From Candidatus Daviesbacteria bacterium (GTDB taxonomy: Bacteria; Patescibacteriota; Microgenomatia; Daviesbacterales; UBA10151): 64,000 nucleotides of DNA. Position 1 is the stretch's first letter; the number at the start of each line of letters is the position of its first letter. Positions 59,156-64,000 of this stretch are shown here, piece by piece. Position numbers and translations under genes: made by a program. Under the pieces are notes generated by a model that had not been told where the DNA came from, made no database searches, and saw only the letters and a program-made list of their open reading frames with translations. The stretch is taken from the NCBI GenBank assembly GCA_016187025.1, contig JACPKM010000001.1, positions 384,055-448,054 on the forward strand, given 5' to 3'.

Positions 59156-59220
59156 GAAAGAAATTATATCCTATTCGTCGTTGCGAAGCCACGAAAAGAC
59201 TGTGACAATCTTTTCAATCA

Positions 59221-59745
59221 TCAGACTAATTGCTCCCTTTCTGCAGATTTTAATATTCTATCTATCAAGCTTTGATTTTGACTGATCTTATCTAATCTCT
59301 CCTTTACATCCAGGCTTTGTTCAGCAACTGCCAGTCTACCCCCTGTATCATCCACCAAACAGCCAAACGATTTTTCTAAAAACCGGGCCATTTGGGGGTC
59401 TACACCGGTTAATCCCACTCCACCAACTAAATATCTTGGGAAGTTGTCAGAGCCGGGATCGTTAAAATGAGCAAAAAAATCGTTAAGCCCTCTTATAAAT
59501 TTGGCTAGGGTAGTATATTTTCTACTTTTTAAAGGAGCTGGACCAAAGGGATAAAAATCTACAGTTCCAATCATCATACCTCGAATGATTCTGAGCCATT
59601 GTTTAGTAGTGCGACTACGTAAAACCATACTAAGATCATTTCTTTGTACGTCGATGATCAAGCCATTAGAGCTAAATCTAATTAATCCGAAAGGACCTTG
59701 TTCTACCCGAGGTTGATCAAATATAGGAGATTCTCTATTTTCCAC
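59221..59745 (-). CDS. Orphan hypothetical protein
   Basis: 174-aa ORF with no recognisable motif; TAAGAT 5 nt before the GTG start. Confidence 0.6.
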   Translation of the reverse strand: MENRESPIFDQPRVEQGPFGLIRFSSNGLIIDVQRNDLSMVLRSRTTKQWLRIIRGMMIGTVDFYPFGPAPLKSRKYTTLAKFIRGLNDFFAHFNDPGSDNFPRYLVGGVGLTGVDPQMARFLEKSFGCLVDDTGGRLAVAEQSLDVKERLDKISQNQSLIDRILKSAEREQLV

Positions 59746-59788
59746 CCCACAATCTTACCATACAGATCAAAAAGGTAAGCAATTCCGA

Positions 59789-60979
59789 TTATTCATACCT
59801 CAAAGCTTGGATAGGATCTAGTTTAGCGGCACGGATGGCTGGGGCTACACCAAAGATTACTCCAACTAACATGGAAAAGCCAAAAGATAATGCAATAGAC
59901 CACCAGGTGATGGCAGTTGTAAAAAACCTGCCGATAACAAGGGATAATACTATCCCCAAGACTATACCGATAATCCCGCCCAGTCCTGATAAGGTTAGTG
60001 CTTCGATTAAAAACTGATTTCTGATATCTCTCTGTTTTGCTCCTAAAGCTTTTCTTAAACCGATCTCTCTGGTCCTTTCTGTTACAGATACCAGCATGAT
60101 ATTCATTATCCCGATCCCTCCAACGATCAAAGAGATAGCAGCAATCCCTCCTAAGGCGATAGTTAGTACTGATGTGATCTGCGAGATAGTCTGCAAAGTC
60201 TGTTCCTGGGTTAAGATGCTAAAATCATCTTCTGAAAGCCTTTTACCAAGTAAAGCAGTAGCTCTATTTTGGATATCTTTGACCCCTTCTGCTTTAAAGG
60301 CAGATATATAAATAGTATTTAACCTGTCCAATCCAAACTGGCGGGTGGCAGCAGGTAGGGGGATTAAAATAGTGTTATCCATATCAACACCAAAAGTTGA
60401 ACCCCTTGGCCCTACCTCGCCAATTACTGAGTATTTCACCCCTGCCACATCAACGGATTTTCCCAAAGGGCTCCCTCCGGCAAATAAATTACTTTTGACC
60501 GTTGCTCCAATGATCGCTACTCTTTTACCACCTTGAGCTTCGGATTCATTAAAAAATCTCCCGCTGATTATCTTAATAGAGATCAGTTTAGGATAGTTTG
60601 CCTGCACACCGAAAACAGCTGCGCCCTTGTCGTTTTTGGCACTGTATTTTAATGTCGCTGTCTTTTGTACAACCGCAGAGACATCGGCTGAACCTTTGAG
60701 TTTGTTGGTAAGATTTATCGCATCCTGCATTACTAGTCTGTTTGCCTGGATTCCGCCAGGGCTTCTGGATCCACCCACCCTTCCAGGAATTACAAACATT
60801 AAATTAGAGCCAAGTCCCTGAATCTGGTCTGTGATGTAACTTTTAAGTCCAGATACAAGAGAGGTTAAAAGTATTACCGAGGTTACACCAATCACAATAC
60901 CTAAAATCGTTAAAAAAGATCTTAACCTATTGGAAACAATTGATTTTAAGGATGCTGCGACAACCTCTGTAAAATTCAT
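59789..60979 (-). CDS. MacB/YknZ-type ABC permease
   Basis: RSFLT.LGIVIGV, GGIGIMNIMLVSVTERT.EIG.RKALGA, LDPI.ALRYE. Confidence 0.93.
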   Translation of the reverse strand: MNFTEVVAASLKSIVSNRLRSFLTILGIVIGVTSVILLTSLVSGLKSYITDQIQGLGSNLMFVIPGRVGGSRSPGGIQANRLVMQDAINLTNKLKGSADVSAVVQKTATLKYSAKNDKGAAVFGVQANYPKLISIKIISGRFFNESEAQGGKRVAIIGATVKSNLFAGGSPLGKSVDVAGVKYSVIGEVGPRGSTFGVDMDNTILIPLPAATRQFGLDRLNTIYISAFKAEGVKDIQNRATALLGKRLSEDDFSILTQEQTLQTISQITSVLTIALGGIAAISLIVGGIGIMNIMLVSVTERTREIGLRKALGAKQRDIRNQFLIEALTLSGLGGIIGIVLGIVLSLVIGRFFTTAITWWSIALSFGFSMLVGVIFGVAPAIRAAKLDPIQALRYE

Positions 60980-61650
60980 TTTACAATCTCCCCGTCTTTT
61001 AGCTTGATAATCCTTTTGGCATGGGTAGCAATCTCCGGTTCATGGGTGATTATGATAATGGTGTGTCCTTTGCTATTTAATCTTTGAAAGATGCGAACGA
61101 TCTCCGTACCTGATTTTGAATCTAGGTTTCCGGTCGGTTCATCTGCCAAGATCACTTCGGGGTTATTAACCAGAGCCCGGGCTATGGCCACCCTCTGCTG
61201 TTGCCCGCCTGATAATTGATTTGGGTGAGATCCAACCTTTTCTCCCAAACCTACCTGTTCCAGAGCGCCTTTTGCCTTTATATCCCTATCTTTTTTTGAA
61301 ATGCCGGCATAAATTAAAGGTAAAGACACATTTTCTACGGCTGAGGTTCTTGGTAGTAGATTAAAGTTTTGGAACACAAAGCCGATTTTTTTATTTCTGA
61401 TATTAGCAAGGGTATCTTGGCCTAAGCGAGCTACACTTAAACCATCCAGCTCATAACTACCTGAAGTGGGTTTATCAAGCAACCCTAAAATATTCATCAG
61501 TGTAGATTTGCCTGAACCGGAAGCGCCGATGATAGCTACAAATTCCCCCTTATTAATCTGAAGGTTTATATCTTTTAAGGCTTGGAATGAAATGTTTTCA
61601 CTCTGGTATATTTTGCTTACGTGTGAAAGTTTAATAATGCTATTTTTCAC
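60976..61650 (-). CDS. MacB/LolD-type ABC ATP-binding protein
   Basis: [26 protein letters not shown]. Confidence 0.93.
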   Translation of the reverse strand: MKNSIIKLSHVSKIYQSENISFQALKDINLQINKGEFVAIIGASGSGKSTLMNILGLLDKPTSGSYELDGLSVARLGQDTLANIRNKKIGFVFQNFNLLPRTSAVENVSLPLIYAGISKKDRDIKAKGALEQVGLGEKVGSHPNQLSGGQQQRVAIARALVNNPEVILADEPTGNLDSKSGTEIVRIFQRLNSKGHTIIIITHEPEIATHAKRIIKLKDGEIVK

Positions 61651-62741
61651 TAGCTCCCACCTCGAAAAAATCTAAAAATTGTTCCGGCTCCTCTCTGATT
61701 TGAACGTTTAGAAATTTCTGTGGGATTTAAAGCTACCTGATCCCCTTCCTTTAAGCCTTGTTTTATCTCTACATCAGTGTCAGAGGCAACGCCTGTTACC
61801 ACTTTTTCTACCCTAATCCCTTTTTCTGTTTTGACTAAAACAGTGTGATCCTCTCCCAATGCTTCTTGAGGAATTGTTAACGTGTTTTGGGATTCTGCAG
61901 TGATAATAGAAACTTGTCCTGACAACCCGGAAACAAAGTGAATTACCGGCTTGCCAATATTAACCCTAACTATTACAACAGTTGCCCCGGAAGAAGTAGT
62001 CTTTGTTGTGGGTCGGATCTCCTTTACCACCCCTTGGATTTCTTGATCAGGATATGCATCTAAGGTAAAGTTGGCTTTTTGGCCAATAGAGATTTTGCCG
62101 ATATCTGCCTCATCAATATCTGTATCTGCAAAATAGGTGGAATCATCTATTAGTTCTGCCACCATGTCTGTTGTAGTTACAACTTGCCCGGGGGTAAAAT
62201 CCGCTTTGGTGATAAGTCCGGAAAAGGGGGCGGTAATCACTGCATCCTGAAATGCTCTTTGAGCTGCCTTAACAGAATCGTAGGCAGAATCCCGAGCGGC
62301 TTGAGCTGTTGTCCTGGTTTGTTTTTGTGTAAAAGTTTCGTCTGAGGTATGATCTTTAACATCGTCTTCTATCTTTTGGGCGGTTGCTTGTTTGTCACGA
62401 AAGGTATTTAGCGCCTGTTGCAATGTGATATTCAAATCCTGGGTATCTAAACCAGCAATAGTTTGGCCTGTAGTTACTACATCACCTGGGGAAATGTTCA
62501 GAAAGGCTAATTTACCTGAGGATCTAAAGTGTAAGCTTGCAGTTTGTTTGCCCGCCAAATTACCTGATGCAGAGACTGTGGAGTTAATAGTTTGTTTTTT
62601 GATAGTGGTAAATTCAACCTTAGGCCTTTGGTTGTTTCTGGGTATTAATAATAAAGAGGCTATAAGTAAAACTAACACCCCAGAAACTAGGTACCCTCTT
62701 TTCATATGTTTTAAGAATTGCAACGATTTCATGGGGTTCAT
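61650..62741 (-). CDS. MacA/YknX-like membrane-fusion adaptor protein
   Basis: N-terminal TM, lipoyl halves (SGK..., APFSG), DEADI..I.GQ, EI..GL.EGD.V. Confidence 0.88.
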   Translation of the reverse strand: MNPMKSLQFLKHMKRGYLVSGVLVLLIASLLLIPRNNQRPKVEFTTIKKQTINSTVSASGNLAGKQTASLHFRSSGKLAFLNISPGDVVTTGQTIAGLDTQDLNITLQQALNTFRDKQATAQKIEDDVKDHTSDETFTQKQTRTTAQAARDSAYDSVKAAQRAFQDAVITAPFSGLITKADFTPGQVVTTTDMVAELIDDSTYFADTDIDEADIGKISIGQKANFTLDAYPDQEIQGVVKEIRPTTKTTSSGATVVIVRVNIGKPVIHFVSGLSGQVSIITAESQNTLTIPQEALGEDHTVLVKTEKGIRVEKVVTGVASDTDVEIKQGLKEGDQVALNPTEISKRSNQRGAGTIFRFFRGGS

Positions 62742-62802
62742 TTGCAACACATTATATACCAAAAGATTTATAATTTTGCCTGATTAGTGATAAGATTGTC
62801 TA

Positions 62803-63105
62803 ATGAGGATTTATATCAGTACAAGTGATAGGAAAAAAGTAGAAGTAGCATTGATTTCCGGTAAGGATAGGATAGATGTTCTTTCTGAGGAAAATGAATT
62901 TGGATCACAAGTTTTGCTGCCCCTAATCGAAAAGATAATGAGGAGAAATAATCTTGGGTATGAAGCGTTAGAAGCAGTTGATTTAGATACGGGGTTTGGA
63001 TCTTTTACAGGTTTAAGGGTCGGTGCATCTGTTGCGAATGCTTTAGGGTTTGGTTTGAAGATTCCAGTAAATGGAAAAAAGGTCGAGACGGATCTTAAAT
63101 ACTAG
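62803..63105 (+). CDS. tsaB: Half-length TsaB (N-terminal domain only)
   Basis: S..LLP.I...G.GSFTGLRVG...ANAL; 100 aa. Confidence 0.75.
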   Translation: MRIYISTSDRKKVEVALISGKDRIDVLSEENEFGSQVLLPLIEKIMRRNNLGYEALEAVDLDTGFGSFTGLRVGASVANALGFGLKIPVNGKKVETDLKY

Positions 63106-63120
63106 TGCTATACTAAATTT

Positions 63121-63999
63121 GTGAAGCTGGCAAATTTTTTTATCCCTCATAAAGACACGCACAAAAAAGCGCACTTAATTTCGTGGGAAGCCCTTTTTTT
63201 CTACGTCTTCATCTTTATCCTTCTTCAGGTAGGGTTTTCAGTGTTAGGGTATGTAAAACCAGGTATTTTAGGAATTGAATCCAGTATTAATCAGCAAAAA
63301 ATAATAGAACTGACAAATAGCGAGCGGGCAAAAAAAGGAATGCCGCCTGTAAAAGAAAACAGCGCTCTTGACCAGGCTGCAAAATTAAAAGCTGAGAATA
63401 TGTTTTCAGAAAACTATTGGGCTCATTTTGCCCCATCAGGAAAAACTCCTTGGGATTTTATTATAGGTAGTGGCTATAAGTTTACTTTTGCTGGTGAGAA
63501 TTTGGCCAAAAATTTTTATACCTCTGATGATGTAGTGGTAGCTTGGATGAATTCTTCTACCCATAGGGACAATTTACTAAATTCAAAGTATGAGGACATT
63601 GGAATTGCTGTTGTGGAGGGTGTATTAAATGGGCAAAAAACCACTTTAATAGTTCAAATGTTTGGTACTACCAACGTTGTTTCTCCAACAGCTGTTGTAA
63701 ATGTAGGCAATGGAGATAAGATCAGTGTTAAAGCAGAGGAGTTTTCATCAAAACCTCAACTGGTTGCCTCAGCTCAATCTCCCAAAATCATCCCGCAAGT
63801 GCTAATAGATCCTTATCAGGTTAGTAAAGGTTTGGGACTGGGGCTTTTAGCAGTGATTGGCACGCTTTTGACAATAGATCTTATAATTTTGAGGAAAAGA
63901 GGTGTATTTAGACTAGCGTCTCATCATGTTGCCCATATGGCTTTAATGTCTGTCACTGCCGCTACCATTTTAAGTGGGCATATTGGTGAAATTCTATGA
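63121..63999 (+). CDS. Membrane-anchored CAP/SCP-domain protein
   Basis: LTN.ER...L..AA..KA.NM....YWAH, AGENLA, WMNS.THR.N. Confidence 0.9.
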   Translation: MKLANFFIPHKDTHKKAHLISWEALFFYVFIFILLQVGFSVLGYVKPGILGIESSINQQKIIELTNSERAKKGMPPVKENSALDQAAKLKAENMFSENYWAHFAPSGKTPWDFIIGSGYKFTFAGENLAKNFYTSDDVVVAWMNSSTHRDNLLNSKYEDIGIAVVEGVLNGQKTTLIVQMFGTTNVVSPTAVVNVGNGDKISVKAEEFSSKPQLVASAQSPKIIPQVLIDPYQVSKGLGLGLLAVIGTLLTIDLIILRKRGVFRLASHHVAHMALMSVTAATILSGHIGEIL

Positions 64000-64000
64000 T

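Noticed and set aside
475-62787. Numerous short alternative-frame or antisense ORFs in the track (e.g. 475..690, 8922..9326, 10829..11281, 33250..33582, 42669..42911, 47343..47729)
   Set aside because: They are shadows of well-supported genes, with no motifs or initiation signals.

Overview
This is a gene-dense, AT-rich bacterial chromosome segment. Gene content and style suggest Patescibacteria/CPR, Microgenomates-like (inference): split transketolase, class II RNR, H+-PPase, half-length TsaB, many GT-C membrane glycosyltransferases and Pro/Thr-rich surface proteins. It holds a non-oxidative pentose-phosphate cluster, a CsoR-regulated copper-efflux operon, cell-wall enzymes, nrdR plus an intein-containing nrdJ with tandem NrdR boxes, cobO, lon, hppA, a two-component pair, tRNA-Glu(CTC), greA, lysS, serS, secA, a 7TM plus ATP-grasp/aspartic-peptidase pair, ftsEX with an EnvC-like protein, prfB, a MacAB-type ABC system, tsaE and tsaB. 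I saw no CRISPR array, prophage or transposase. The most notable signals are: (1) short palindromic elements inserted in frame inside coding genes; (2) a recurring (V/I)(L/A)G motif at the stalk/domain junction of five unrelated exported proteins; (3) pervasive leaderless gene architecture; (4) a circularly permuted M23 peptidase; (5) a LAGLIDADG intein in NrdJ; (6) stand-alone orphan genes, most with their own consensus promoter. All family calls come from motif recognition by eye, not database searches.
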